Part shown: positions 10,366 to 19,502 of the stretch, piece after piece
Position numbering within the stretch: position 1 is the stretch's first letter
Layout: every line of letters begins with the position of its first letter
Origin: Bacillota bacterium
GTDB lineage: Bacteria > Bacillota > SHA-98 > UBA4971
Reading direction: 5' to 3'
Length of the DNA stretch: 64,000 nt
Assembly: GCA_024653485.1 (NCBI GenBank)
Contig: JANLFY010000001.1
Location: 166,160-230,159, forward strand
Translations under genes and position numbers: made by a program
The notes under the pieces: model-generated
Databases searched by the model: none
Told to the model about the DNA's origin: nothing
The model's input: the letters and a program-made list of their open reading frames with translations, nothing else

Positions 10366-10670
10366 AGGAACTCTCCCCTTTCACACAGAATGTAGGATGG
10401 GAAACAATGCTATTGCGAGTTTCCCGACCCTCTTGGCCATGATATCTGGATGGAGCGGGCTTGTCATCCTTCAGATCCTTCCAGGCGAAGGCACACCTGC
10501 CACACGCGGCGTGCTTCTGGTGGAGGGGCACAGTCGCCGCGCTGCTATTGGTCCGGTTGGCCCAGGGTTCGTGTGAAATCTAATGGGGCGGGAGACCTGG
10601 TTAGGCGGTGCGCACGACGAGAGGAGTGTGGTATTATGATGTAGCGGGGGACGAGTCAGGGGGGAGGATC

Positions 10671-11396
10671 ATGCTAACGCTAAAGGACATTCAAGGCAAT
10701 CCCAACTTCCGCCTTCTCATAGGCAAGGCCAACGACTACCTGTCGCTTCTCGGTTACACCGAACACGGGCTTCGTCACGTGACCTATGTGTCCACGACGA
10801 CGGCGTACATTCTCAGAAGCCTTGGGCACGACGATAGGACCGTCGAGCTCGGGGCGATCTCCGGTTACTTGCATGATATCGGGAATATGCACAATCGCAA
10901 GTACCATGGTCCCACCGGCGCGAACATAGTCTTCACAGAGCTCAGAATGCTCGGAATGCCCCTGGAGGAGATCTGCACCATCACCACTGCCATCGCCAAT
11001 CACGAGGAGGAGATAGGCATCCCCGTGAGTCCAGTGTCCGCTGCATTGATCATCGCGGACAAGAGCGACGCGCACCGGACCCGGGTGAGGATGAGGCGGG
11101 CGCATGACATCCATGACAGAGTGAACCTTGCCATAACCGATTCATCCTTGGTCGTGGATGACGTGCGTAAGACCATCACGCTGGACATATCCTTCGACAC
11201 GACGGAGTGCCAGATAATGGACTATTTCGAGATCTACCTAACCCGAATGGAGATGTGCAAGCAGGCGGCGGCGCTCCTCGGCTGCAGGTTCAGGCTCGTC
11301 ATAAACGGGCTCGAGCTTCTCGGACAACTGCAGCGGGACGAAGCACCTCGAGCTCGGGCGGCCTCGGGCATGGCGCCATCGCGCACGGGCGCGTGA
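10671..11396 (+). CDS. HD domain phosphohydrolase
   Basis: H...HD...D motif arrangement (GLRHVTYV, YLHDIGN, ADKSDA). ATG 10671 follows a GGGGGAGGA SD. Confidence 0.7.
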   Translation: MLTLKDIQGNPNFRLLIGKANDYLSLLGYTEHGLRHVTYVSTTTAYILRSLGHDDRTVELGAISGYLHDIGNMHNRKYHGPTGANIVFTELRMLGMPLEEICTITTAIANHEEEIGIPVSPVSAALIIADKSDAHRTRVRMRRAHDIHDRVNLAITDSSLVVDDVRKTITLDISFDTTECQIMDYFEIYLTRMEMCKQAAALLGCRFRLVINGLELLGQLQRDEAPRARAASGMAPSRTGA

Positions 11397-11515
11397 GGAT
11401 CACGGCGACTGACGGCACGTCAAGGCCTCGCAGGGCTGCTGTAGGAGGTTCAACCCGGAGGTTCAACTGGGTCTTGCTTGGCGCGGCGGTCTCCATACGC
11501 TGTCCCGAGCAGTGT

Positions 11516-12526
11516 TCAACTGGTGCGGTGCACCACGCTTGCTAGGATATCCGCGAGGATCTCTTTTCCCGTGCCGTCAGGGAGGAGCGCGAGGCAGCGA
11601 TTCGCGCGGTCCGCGTATCTCTCCGCGACCTGCAACGCTCGGCAGAGGGCGCCGGATTCCCTCACCGCGGCGATGACTCGCTTGCGAGCTTGGCAGCTCA
11701 TGCTGTCGCGCCCATCCCGGCCGGTTGCGTTGAGTTCGGTGAGAAGAGCCCTCAACTCGGGTCCCCATTTCCTGCTTCCCAGCGCATATATCACGGGCAG
11801 AGTGTACACGCCGCACGCGAGATCGTGCGCAGCGGGCTTTCCCGTGGCAGCCTCGTCTTGCGAAAAGTCAAGGACATCGTCTGCTATCTGGAACGCGATG
11901 CCAAGGTGAAGGCCAAATCGGCGAAGCGTGTCCGTAGTATCTCTCGGAGCTCCCGCCACAAGGGCGCCGGCATAGCAACTCAAGGCGAAGAGCATGGCTG
12001 TCTTTTGGCGGATCCTCCGCAGATACTGACCGAAGGACACGGTGACATCGCCTCGGGCCTCGTATTGCTCGATCTCACCCTCGCAGACCTGCTGAACCGC
12101 GTTGGCCACAGATGAGAGAATCCCCGTGTCGGCATACCGGGACAGCATCTGAAAGGCGCGCGTGAAAAGGTAGTCACCGGTGAAGACGGCCACATTCGCC
12201 CCGTGTCGCGCCTGAACGGTCTCGATCCCCCTTCGGGTATCGGCGTCATCCACGATGTCGTCGTGGACGAGCGTGGCCATGTGGACGACTTCGACGGCGG
12301 ACGCGACCACCACGAGTTTCTCGGGGTCAGCATGACCGAACATGCCCGATGTCAGCACGAGGGCCGGACGGACGCGCTTTCCTCCCGCTCGCAGGAGGGA
12401 CATCACTGCGTCCGAGATGAGCTTGTGTCCTGTGGAGAGCTGTTCCTCGAGGCAGGCTTGCACTCTCTTGAGGCCGTCGGCGAGCTCGGGGTGATGCGTC
12501 CACCTGGATGACGAAGCTTTCTCCAT
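11516..12526 (-). CDS. Polyprenyl diphosphate synthase (trans-IPPS; HepT/DmkB-like)
   Basis: First and second Asp-rich motifs (LVHDDIVDDADTRRG and IADDVLDF). Start at MEKASS, preceded by a GGAGGAG SD. Confidence 0.85.
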   Translation of the reverse strand: MEKASSSRWTHHPELADGLKRVQACLEEQLSTGHKLISDAVMSLLRAGGKRVRPALVLTSGMFGHADPEKLVVVASAVEVVHMATLVHDDIVDDADTRRGIETVQARHGANVAVFTGDYLFTRAFQMLSRYADTGILSSVANAVQQVCEGEIEQYEARGDVTVSFGQYLRRIRQKTAMLFALSCYAGALVAGAPRDTTDTLRRFGLHLGIAFQIADDVLDFSQDEAATGKPAAHDLACGVYTLPVIYALGSRKWGPELRALLTELNATGRDGRDSMSCQARKRVIAAVRESGALCRALQVAERYADRANRCLALLPDGTGKEILADILASVVHRTS

Positions 12527-12557
12527 GAGACTCCTCCATCCGCCGTCGTGTATGTTG

Positions 12558-13118
12558 TCAAAGCGTCCTCGCGACTTGCTTGCCCCGCGTTTCCCTCTGC
12601 TGGCGGGCGGAGGGAAACGCGACAGCCTTCGCGAGGAAGCTGAGGACGAACCCGGCTGCGATTCCAACGAAATAACCTGTGGCGACTCCGGCCACCAGGA
12701 GCACGGGGAGATAGCCGTAAATGCCCATGGTGCCCACGACCATTCCCGCGACGAAGAGCTGGCCCACGTTGTGGGATATCGCCCCCAGGACGCTCACTCC
12801 TACCAGGCCGAAGACGCTTCCCAGTCGTCTGTACGCGAGCGACATCACGGCCGTCGCGAGCGCTCCTCCGACCACGCTAAAGGCGAAGCTGGTCAGAGCT
12901 CCGGAGAGGAGCGACGCAAGGAAGGTGCGCAGGACGACCACGACGAACGCGTCAACAGGGCCGGAAAGCACGATCGCCACGAGCGTGACTATGTTCGCGA
13001 TTCCCAACTTTGCCCCCGGAATCATGAAAGGCACGGGTATCAGGCTCTCGACTGCATGCAGTACAAGAGCGAGTGCGGTGTACATCGATATGTGCGTCAA
13101 TCTCTGTATTCTCGTCAT
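12558..13118 (-). CDS. Gx transporter family membrane protein (heptaprenyl diphosphate synthase component I domain, PF07456-like)
   Basis: 186-aa polytopic membrane protein. Composition and topology match Hpre_diP_synt_I/Gx-transporter proteins that co-occur with ApbE and NusG-II proteins. Confidence 0.65.
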   Translation of the reverse strand: MTRIQRLTHISMYTALALVLHAVESLIPVPFMIPGAKLGIANIVTLVAIVLSGPVDAFVVVVLRTFLASLLSGALTSFAFSVVGGALATAVMSLAYRRLGSVFGLVGVSVLGAISHNVGQLFVAGMVVGTMGIYGYLPVLLVAGVATGYFVGIAAGFVLSFLAKAVAFPSARQQRETRGKQVARTL

Positions 13119-13205
13119 TCCGCATGAGATCTGCGCGGGTGCCGCGGCAACCGGGTGACGCGCAGAAAACCCTTGCCCTCCCTTTGGCGTCTTCCCTCGT
13201 CATCG

Positions 13206-13631
13206 TCAATACGCGACTCCGTCGAGCGCGTGTTCCGGTCGTGGCGATCGTGTCCCACCCTGAATCTTCACCACGACTCTGTTGGGAAGGCACACGATGG
13301 TCTCGCCCGGCTGATCGATCCAGCCTGTCCTGACGCATACTCTATCAGGGCAATCCGAATCGAGGACCCTGGCGCGCCCATCCTCCGTGATCTCCACGGT
13401 GACGCTGTGCCCCCTGCTCGCAGGGACGTCCACCGTCATAGTGTGCGTGACCTGTGAGAGAGGGATCGTCCAGAAAGGACGGTTGTCTAGCTCTATAGAC
13501 ACCTCTCTCGCGCTCACGGCATCCCGCTCGCGGCTTCGGCTGACGCTTTGGCACGCGAAAATCGCTGCGGCGCAGCTCACGACGACGAGAGCGAGTATGA
13601 CATCAGCTTTCTTGAACGTCTTCACCATCAT
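13206..13631 (-). CDS. NusG domain II-containing protein (DUF1312-like), membrane-anchored
   Basis: N-terminal TM anchor, then a beta-rich domain resembling the NusG_II family that typically sits next to ApbE and Gx-transporter genes. Confidence 0.6.
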   Translation of the reverse strand: MMVKTFKKADVILALVVVSCAAAIFACQSVSRSRERDAVSAREVSIELDNRPFWTIPLSQVTHTMTVDVPASRGHSVTVEITEDGRARVLDSDCPDRVCVRTGWIDQPGETIVCLPNRVVVKIQGGTRSPRPEHALDGVAY

Positions 13632-14724
13632 GATACTTGACAGTCCACCCGTCACTGATTTCTATGGCGCCCTTGAGTCCCGGGGAAACGAGCACCTCTC
13701 GGACCTCGGTCACTATCACCGCCTCTATACCGGGGAGGCGCTCCACGAGACCCATCCCATCCGACGGTCCCAAGAGGAACACCGCGGTGGACAGCGCGTC
13801 CGCGTCCACCGCGCGGCGGGCTACGATGGTTGCGCTCACCACCCCCGTCTCGGCGGGGTACCCCGTGTCAGGGTCGATTATGTGATGGTACCGTCTTCCG
13901 TGCTGTTCGAAGAAGCGTTCGTACGTGCCCGACGATACTACGGCCGTATCGCGCACGGACAACACCGCGAAAGTCGCGCCGCGCTCCTTCCAGGGATCCT
14001 GTATCCCCACGCGCCACGGCGACCCGTCTGGCCTCGAGCCAACCACCAAGATGTTTCCACCCAGGTCGATGAAAGCGCTCTCCACTCCGCGCTCCGTCAG
14101 AACCTCCGCGGCTTCGTCGGCGGCATAACCTTTCGCTATCGCACCCAGGTCGAGGGCCATCCCGGCCTTCGGAAGACGCACCGTGCCCCCAGACTCGTCC
14201 ACCTCCACCTCGCCATGATGGACCAGCTGCTTCGCGACAGCGATATCTTCAGGAGAAGGCACTTTCGCGTGCTTCGTACCTATGCCCCACAACTGGACGA
14301 GCGGGCCGATGGCCACGTCGAACTTGCCGTTGCTTAGATCGGCGTATTCCTTGGCCCTTTTCACCACATACAGTGTATCGCCCGCCACCGAGCTTGGCAA
14401 GCCTCCGGCGTTTCGGTTCAATTCTGCGACATCGCTAGATGCGATGTTGGCGCTCATCAGAGCCTCTATCTCCTCAATGCGGTGGAAGGCTTCGTCTACG
14501 GCCTTGCCGGCACCCTCGCCGCTAGCGTACGCACGCACTTGGACGAGCGTCCCGAGGGCGAAGCCGGTTCTAACTGACGCGACCGGCTTGTTTGCGGAAA
14601 GCTGGCACCCCGCAACCGTGAAGGCCGACACCAGGGCGACTGCGTATAGCCAATCGAGTGAGAGGTCCTGACGACTGCCACGCAAGTCGCGCCTCTTCAC
14701 GCGAGTCTCTCCATTCGCAGACAT
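13603..14724 (-). CDS. apbE: FAD:protein FMN transferase ApbE, lipoprotein
   Basis: ApbE family sequence. Lipobox VAGC after the signal peptide. Start at MSANGE to exclude the Arg/Pro-rich upstream ORF portion. Confidence 0.85.
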   Translation of the reverse strand: MSANGETRVKRRDLRGSRQDLSLDWLYAVALVSAFTVAGCQLSANKPVASVRTGFALGTLVQVRAYASGEGAGKAVDEAFHRIEEIEALMSANIASSDVAELNRNAGGLPSSVAGDTLYVVKRAKEYADLSNGKFDVAIGPLVQLWGIGTKHAKVPSPEDIAVAKQLVHHGEVEVDESGGTVRLPKAGMALDLGAIAKGYAADEAAEVLTERGVESAFIDLGGNILVVGSRPDGSPWRVGIQDPWKERGATFAVLSVRDTAVVSSGTYERFFEQHGRRYHHIIDPDTGYPAETGVVSATIVARRAVDADALSTAVFLLGPSDGMGLVERLPGIEAVIVTEVREVLVSPGLKGAIEISDGWTVKYHDGEDVQES

Positions 14725-15197
14725 CCTCGGGGAACACCCCCAGGGCGCGCCCTCGCGGCTCCTCGTGGGCACGTCTATGGGCGCGCCTGCAGTCGTGCTT
14801 GCTCTTGCGTCTCAATTCATCAGCCGCCCAGTGCGTCGTCCGCAAGGCTTCGTGGACTCACCTGTACCGGTGTACCGCCACTCGCTCACATCATGCTGCA
14901 CAGCCCGCCCTGCGGCTTCCGGGGTCACCGCCCGATCACTACCCGGCCTGTCCGGTCGGAGCGCGTCGGCAACCCCCACGTGGCCGCACTGACTCCGCCA
15001 GGCTCGCACCGAGCTCGTGGCCGGTCTGTTGCGGCCGGCTTTCTGAACGCTGTGATTGCACTATCGTGCCACCCGTGATTGTACCATTTGTGCGGCGAAA
15101 CTGTCTATGGTATAGTTGAAAGAGCCGATGGTAATCAGCGTTATCATGGAGGATTCCCCTGGCACTCGGCGAAATACACAACAGTCGGGGCGGCGTG

Positions 15198-15213
15198 TGT
15201 GATTGGCGTCACA
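15198..15213. promoter_or_regulatory. Perfect TGTGA-N6-TCACA palindrome (Rex/CRP-FNR-type operator) in the apbE / ndh divergent promoter region
   Basis: Sequence TGTGATTGGCGTCACA lies 118 nt upstream of the NDH-2 start codon and also faces the divergent apbE operon. Confidence 0.35.
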
Positions 15214-15331
15214 ATCACAAGGAGGTGGCCGCGGCAGACCGCGGCTGACCCGACCGCTCGTCCTCGTCTCTCAGACTACTGGACGAGACTACCAGACATG
15301 ATCGGACAAGAGCGCGTGGGAGGAATGGTGG

Positions 15332-17083
15332 ATGGCTCACAAGAAGAGAGTGGTCATTCTCGGAGGGGGTTACGGGGGGATCCATGCAGCGCAGACCCTG
15401 GACAGGCTGCTTGGACGCGACGAGGCCGAGATCACGCTCATCGACAAGAACGATCATCACACCCTCCTGACCGAGCTCCATGAGGTGGCGGGGGCTCGAG
15501 TTAACGAGGACAGCGTGCGGATCCCCTTTTCGGACATCTTCCGCAGGAGCAAGGTACGCGTGGTTAAGGACACGGTCACCGGCATCGATCTCAATAAGAA
15601 AGTGCTGAGGTCAGAGACGGCAGAATACCCGTATGACTATCTTGTTCTAGCGTGCGGAAGCGAACCGGAGTTCTATGGAATCCCTGGAATGGCCGAGAAC
15701 GCGTTCACCCTTTGGTCGCTAGAAGACGCCCGGAAGATAAAGGCGCAAGTGCGGGCCATGTTCGAACTGGCGGTCGCGGAACGAGATCCGATCAAGCGGC
15801 AGGAGCTACTCACTTTCGTGGTGGGTGGCGGTGGCTTTACTGGAGTAGAGATGGCTGGCGAGCTTGCGGAATGGGTACCGGAGCTGTGCCGCGAGTTCGG
15901 CTTGTCGCCGTTTTCGGTGACGGTGTACGTGATCGAGGCCCTCCCTCGCATACTCCCTACCCTTGCCGACAACCTTGCGGCAAGGGCAGCTCGCGCCATG
16001 CGGGCGAAAGGGATCACCGTGTTGACCGACTCGCCCATAGTGGAGGTCGGGCGTGACGAGATTACGCTCAAGTCAGGCACGAAGATACGGACTCGCACCG
16101 TGATTTGGACGGGTGGAGTCCGAACGACCAGCTTTCTGAGGGACAAAGGTTTCGACTGCAAGAAGCGTGGTCGCCTGACGGTCAACGAGTATCTCCAGGT
16201 GGTCGGGCATGACGATGTGTACGCAGTCGGCGACAACTGCTTCTTCGCAGATGAGAATGGAGAGCTTCCTGCGCTCGTTGAGTCGGCGCTTCAGGGAGGG
16301 GCATGCGCTGCCAGGAACATAGCAGCTGATATCAAAGGTACGCCCAAACGCAGGTTCAGGCCCCGTCTCCATGGGGTGATGGTATCCGTCGGCAGCCACT
16401 ACTCGGTGGCCGACCTCATGGGGATGTCCCTGTGGAGTTATCCGGCCACCGCCATGAAGCACCTCGTGAACCTTCATTACCAGTGGGGCGTCGGAGGCAT
16501 GAGGGTCATACTCAAGTACCTCAGACACGAGATGATAAACGCGAGGGGAGTGCTTTCAGAGCTCATGAAACACGCTAACGTCAAGGTCAGCCTTGCTTGG
16601 CTCGTGATTCTCAGGGTGTTCCTTGGCTATGAGTGGCTCGTATCTGGACTAGGCAAGATACGCGATGGTTTCCTTGTCTCCGGCGACAAGCTCGTGTCTG
16701 GCTCGTCTTTGATGCCCATGGGGCCGGGGACGCCCGAGTGGTACAGGTGGCTCATGGACACCTTCGTCTTCCCGCATGCGCTCTTCTTCCAGTGGGTTGT
16801 GACCCTGACAGAACTGGCGCTGGGGCTCGCGTTGATCTTCGGTCTCTTCACCAGCATTGCGGCGCTTGGGTCGATATTCATGAACGTCAACTTCGCTCTT
16901 GCTGGCGCCGGAGGGAACATCTGGTTCGTAATGGTCTCCATCGCCATGCTCGGTGGAGCCGGGCGCGCTTTCGGGTTGGACTACTATGTGATGCCCATCT
17001 TGGGAGAGGTCATAAGAGGGATGCTTCCCAAGGGGCGGCTCGCGTCCGGCTCGCGGACTCCTCAGGCTGGCGCGGCGAGGTAG
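15332..17083 (+). CDS. ndh: Type II NADH dehydrogenase (NDH-2) with C-terminal DoxX-like multi-helix membrane extension (EET-type Ndh2-like)
   Basis: N-terminus MAHKKRVVILGGGYGG (FAD/NAD Rossmann). Second dinucleotide-binding motif present. The last ~170 aa form 3-4 hydrophobic helices. GGGAGGAA SD. Confidence 0.85.
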   Translation: MAHKKRVVILGGGYGGIHAAQTLDRLLGRDEAEITLIDKNDHHTLLTELHEVAGARVNEDSVRIPFSDIFRRSKVRVVKDTVTGIDLNKKVLRSETAEYPYDYLVLACGSEPEFYGIPGMAENAFTLWSLEDARKIKAQVRAMFELAVAERDPIKRQELLTFVVGGGGFTGVEMAGELAEWVPELCREFGLSPFSVTVYVIEALPRILPTLADNLAARAARAMRAKGITVLTDSPIVEVGRDEITLKSGTKIRTRTVIWTGGVRTTSFLRDKGFDCKKRGRLTVNEYLQVVGHDDVYAVGDNCFFADENGELPALVESALQGGACAARNIAADIKGTPKRRFRPRLHGVMVSVGSHYSVADLMGMSLWSYPATAMKHLVNLHYQWGVGGMRVILKYLRHEMINARGVLSELMKHANVKVSLAWLVILRVFLGYEWLVSGLGKIRDGFLVSGDKLVSGSSLMPMGPGTPEWYRWLMDTFVFPHALFFQWVVTLTELALGLALIFGLFTSIAALGSIFMNVNFALAGAGGNIWFVMVSIAMLGGAGRAFGLDYYVMPILGEVIRGMLPKGRLASGSRTPQAGAAR

Positions 17084-17260
17084 GGCTCGCGGGGCGCGCC
17101 GTGCGCAGCGAATCGGGCTTGCAAGAGGCGATGGACGCCGGGGACGGCAGCGCGTGGATGGTGGACAATGGGCGGGCGCCTGGGCTCACGGGATGGGAGT
17201 GGAGCTCCAGGCGCCCGGAAAAACAGGGAGCAGGGTCTTCTGGGGCAGAGTCCCGAGGGT

Positions 17261-17524
17261 CTAGGCTCCCGCCGCATCCGGCGTTTTGGACGACCCTTGC
17301 GAGGACTTGACTTGAGTGTCCTCTTTGGCCTTCTCTTTGTAGTCGGTGCTGCGATTGTCTGTCGTGTAGAAACCGGACCCCTTGAAGATGATGCTCACGT
17401 TTCTGCTGATGAGCCGCCTGACCGGGCCGCCGCAGGTGGGACAGCGGGAGAGGGGCTCATCCGACATGCGCTGGAGCTCTTCGAACCGGCCACACTTCTC
17501 GCAGTGGTATTCGTAAGTAGGCAT
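17261..17524 (-). CDS. FmdB family zinc-ribbon protein
   Basis: [12 protein letters not shown]...CPTCGG paired CxxC zinc-ribbon signature. The acidic/low-complexity C-terminus is typical of this family. Confidence 0.7.
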   Translation of the reverse strand: MPTYEYHCEKCGRFEELQRMSDEPLSRCPTCGGPVRRLISRNVSIIFKGSGFYTTDNRSTDYKEKAKEDTQVKSSQGSSKTPDAAGA

Positions 17525-17709
17525 GTCGCGACAATCCCTCCTCGAGAGAACTCGGCGCACAGCGGGCGCTGCTTTGATGAGGTAAGCTGGAGCGCCGCGA
17601 GGCCCGCGCCAACTACGTACTATACGCCGCTCTTAGGCTCCTGTCAAGAACGCGAAAGCCTGCAAGCCCGCTCAGCCACCCAACCCTGACGCTGAGTCAG
17701 AGGGGCTAG

Positions 17710-17738
17710 CAAGACGGATTTGTGAATGATGCCACAAA
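17710..17738 (+). promoter_or_regulatory. Candidate sigma-A-type promoter (TTGTGA-17-TAGAAT) overlapping a TTTGTG-N8-CACAAA palindrome, upstream of the three-HTH regulator gene
   Basis: -35/-10 hexamers with 17-nt spacing. A 6-bp inverted repeat overlaps the -35. Confidence 0.3.
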
Positions 17739-17920
17739 GTGTTAGAATGGGGTGGACGGACTTAGGGGCGGGTCCAAGTGGGTTCGACAGACCTCGGATC
17801 ACCACCGCGCGGTGTCCTCGCGATTACGTCAGTAGGCTGTCGCTTGTGGTGCTGCGTGTGGTTCCACGACTATCCTCCCGAGCTGGACCAGCCACCGGGC
17901 TTGAAGGGGGGGCCGGGCTC

Positions 17921-18706
17921 GTGGTTTCCGGTGAGAAGGTTAGGAACGCGAGAAAGGCAAGGGGGCTCACGCTCGTCGAGCTTGCTTCGAGGGCAAGACT
18001 CTCATATTCGTACTTGAGCGAGATAGAACGCGGTTCCAAGACTCCATCCTCTGATGCACTGGCGCGGCTCGCCGACGCGCTCAACCTCAACAGGGCGGAT
18101 CTCGTGGAGGCATCCGAGGAAGACGGCGATCAAGGCATCGGGCCTGGTGACAGACTGCGGGTTGCCCGGGAGGACCGCGGCATGACTCTTCGTGAGGTGG
18201 CGTCCGCGGCGGGCATATCAAGCACTTACTTGAGCGAAATAGAGCGTGGCAACGTGCAACCAGCTGTGTCCGTCCTGAAGAGGCTGGCCCGCGTGCTGCA
18301 CATCCCTCTCTCTGTGCTCATGTCGCCAGCGGAACGCAAGGGATTCCTGGGCGAGAAGCTCAAGAGGCTCAGAGCCATACTGGGTATGACCCAGGCGGAG
18401 GTGGCTGCCAAAGCCGGCGTTTCGTCCGCCCTCGTCGGCCAAATCGAGCTAGGGCGGGTTTCGCCGTCACTCAGAACCGTCAACAAGATAGCCTCGGCAT
18501 TGGGTGTGTCACCTTGTTACCTCGTCTTGGATAGCGAGGGCATCGACGAGATCGTCCCGGCGATGACCAAAGACCTTCGCGACCTACTGCAGGACCCAAA
18601 CGTGCAGATGCTGTTGAGCGCGGTGTGTACTCTGAATCAGAAGGAGATGAGGTTCGTCTTCGAGGTGATTGCGCTCCTCAAGCGGTCGGGAATCAGCTCG
18701 CCTTGA
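17921..18706 (+). CDS. XRE-family transcriptional regulator with three tandem HTH_XRE domains
   Basis: Three repeats of the ~55-aa Cro/C1-type HTH (…LSYSYLSEIERGSKTPS…, …ISSTYLSEIERGNVQPA…, …SSALVGQIELGRVSPS…). GTG start after an AAGGGGGGG SD. Confidence 0.7.
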   Translation: MVSGEKVRNARKARGLTLVELASRARLSYSYLSEIERGSKTPSSDALARLADALNLNRADLVEASEEDGDQGIGPGDRLRVAREDRGMTLREVASAAGISSTYLSEIERGNVQPAVSVLKRLARVLHIPLSVLMSPAERKGFLGEKLKRLRAILGMTQAEVAAKAGVSSALVGQIELGRVSPSLRTVNKIASALGVSPCYLVLDSEGIDEIVPAMTKDLRDLLQDPNVQMLLSAVCTLNQKEMRFVFEVIALLKRSGISSP

Positions 18707-18796
18707 CTTGTCGCGATCTCATCTCAGCCATGCAGGCCGATCCGTCGCGGAAGGCAGCGGGCCGCTGGCCAGTTGCGGTCAGCCGCCCGCCCTGCG

Positions 18797-19498
18797 TCAC
18801 TCTCCCAGATACGCTTTGCGGATGTCCGCGTTCTCGAGTAGTTCCCGTCCTGGCCCCTCCATCGTAATGGTTCCTGTCTCCAGAACGTAAGCGTAGTCCG
18901 CTAGTCTCAAAGCTGCCTTGGCGTTCTGCTCGATGAGGAGGATAGTGCACCCCTCTGCATGTATCTTGGACAACGCCCTGAAGACCTCCCGCATCAAGAC
19001 GGGCGCGAGCCCGAGCGACGGCTCGTCAAGGCACAGAAGTCTCGGCCTCGACATGAGGGCGCGACCCACCGCCAGCATCTGCTGCTCACCGCCTGAAAGG
19101 GTGCCGCCCTTCTGAGTGAGGCGCTCTTTGAGCCTTGGGAAGAGCGTCGTGACCCACTCAAGGTCTTGTTGTATGCCTGCGGTGTCTTGTCTAGGGTACG
19201 CGCCCATCATCAAGTTCTCTAGGACGGTGAGGTTGCGGAAGATTCTCCGGCCCTCGGGCACCATCGCCACCCCGGAGCGGACGATGTGGTGGCTAGGCTT
19301 GCCTGCTATGTTCTCCGCTTTGAGCTGGATAGACCCGCGCCGGGCCTTGACAAGGCCCGTTATGGCTCGGAGAGTAGTGCTCTTTCCGGCCCCATTCGCT
19401 CCGATGAGTGTGACTATCTTGCCTTCTGGCACGTCCAGGGAGATCCCCTTGAGCGCGTGAATGCCGCCATAGTATACATGGAGGTCCCTTATCTTGAG
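18797..19498 (-). CDS. livF: Branched-chain amino acid ABC transporter ATP-binding protein LivF
   Basis: Walker A GANGAGKST, ABC signature LSGGEQQ, LivF-type C-terminus. 4-nt gap to livG. Confidence 0.9.
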   Translation of the reverse strand, partial: LKIRDLHVYYGGIHALKGISLDVPEGKIVTLIGANGAGKSTTLRAITGLVKARRGSIQLKAENIAGKPSHHIVRSGVAMVPEGRRIFRNLTVLENLMMGAYPRQDTAGIQQDLEWVTTLFPRLKERLTQKGGTLSGGEQQMLAVGRALMSRPRLLCLDEPSLGLAPVLMREVFRALSKIHAEGCTILLIEQNAKAALRLADYAYVLETGTITMEGPGRELLENADIRKAYLGE

Positions 19499-19502
19499 CA
19501 TC

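Noticed and set aside
15079-15483. 134-aa plus-strand ORF spanning the apbE/ndh intergenic region
   Set aside because: Overlaps the ndh start and promoter region, is Arg/Gly-rich, and there is no SD.
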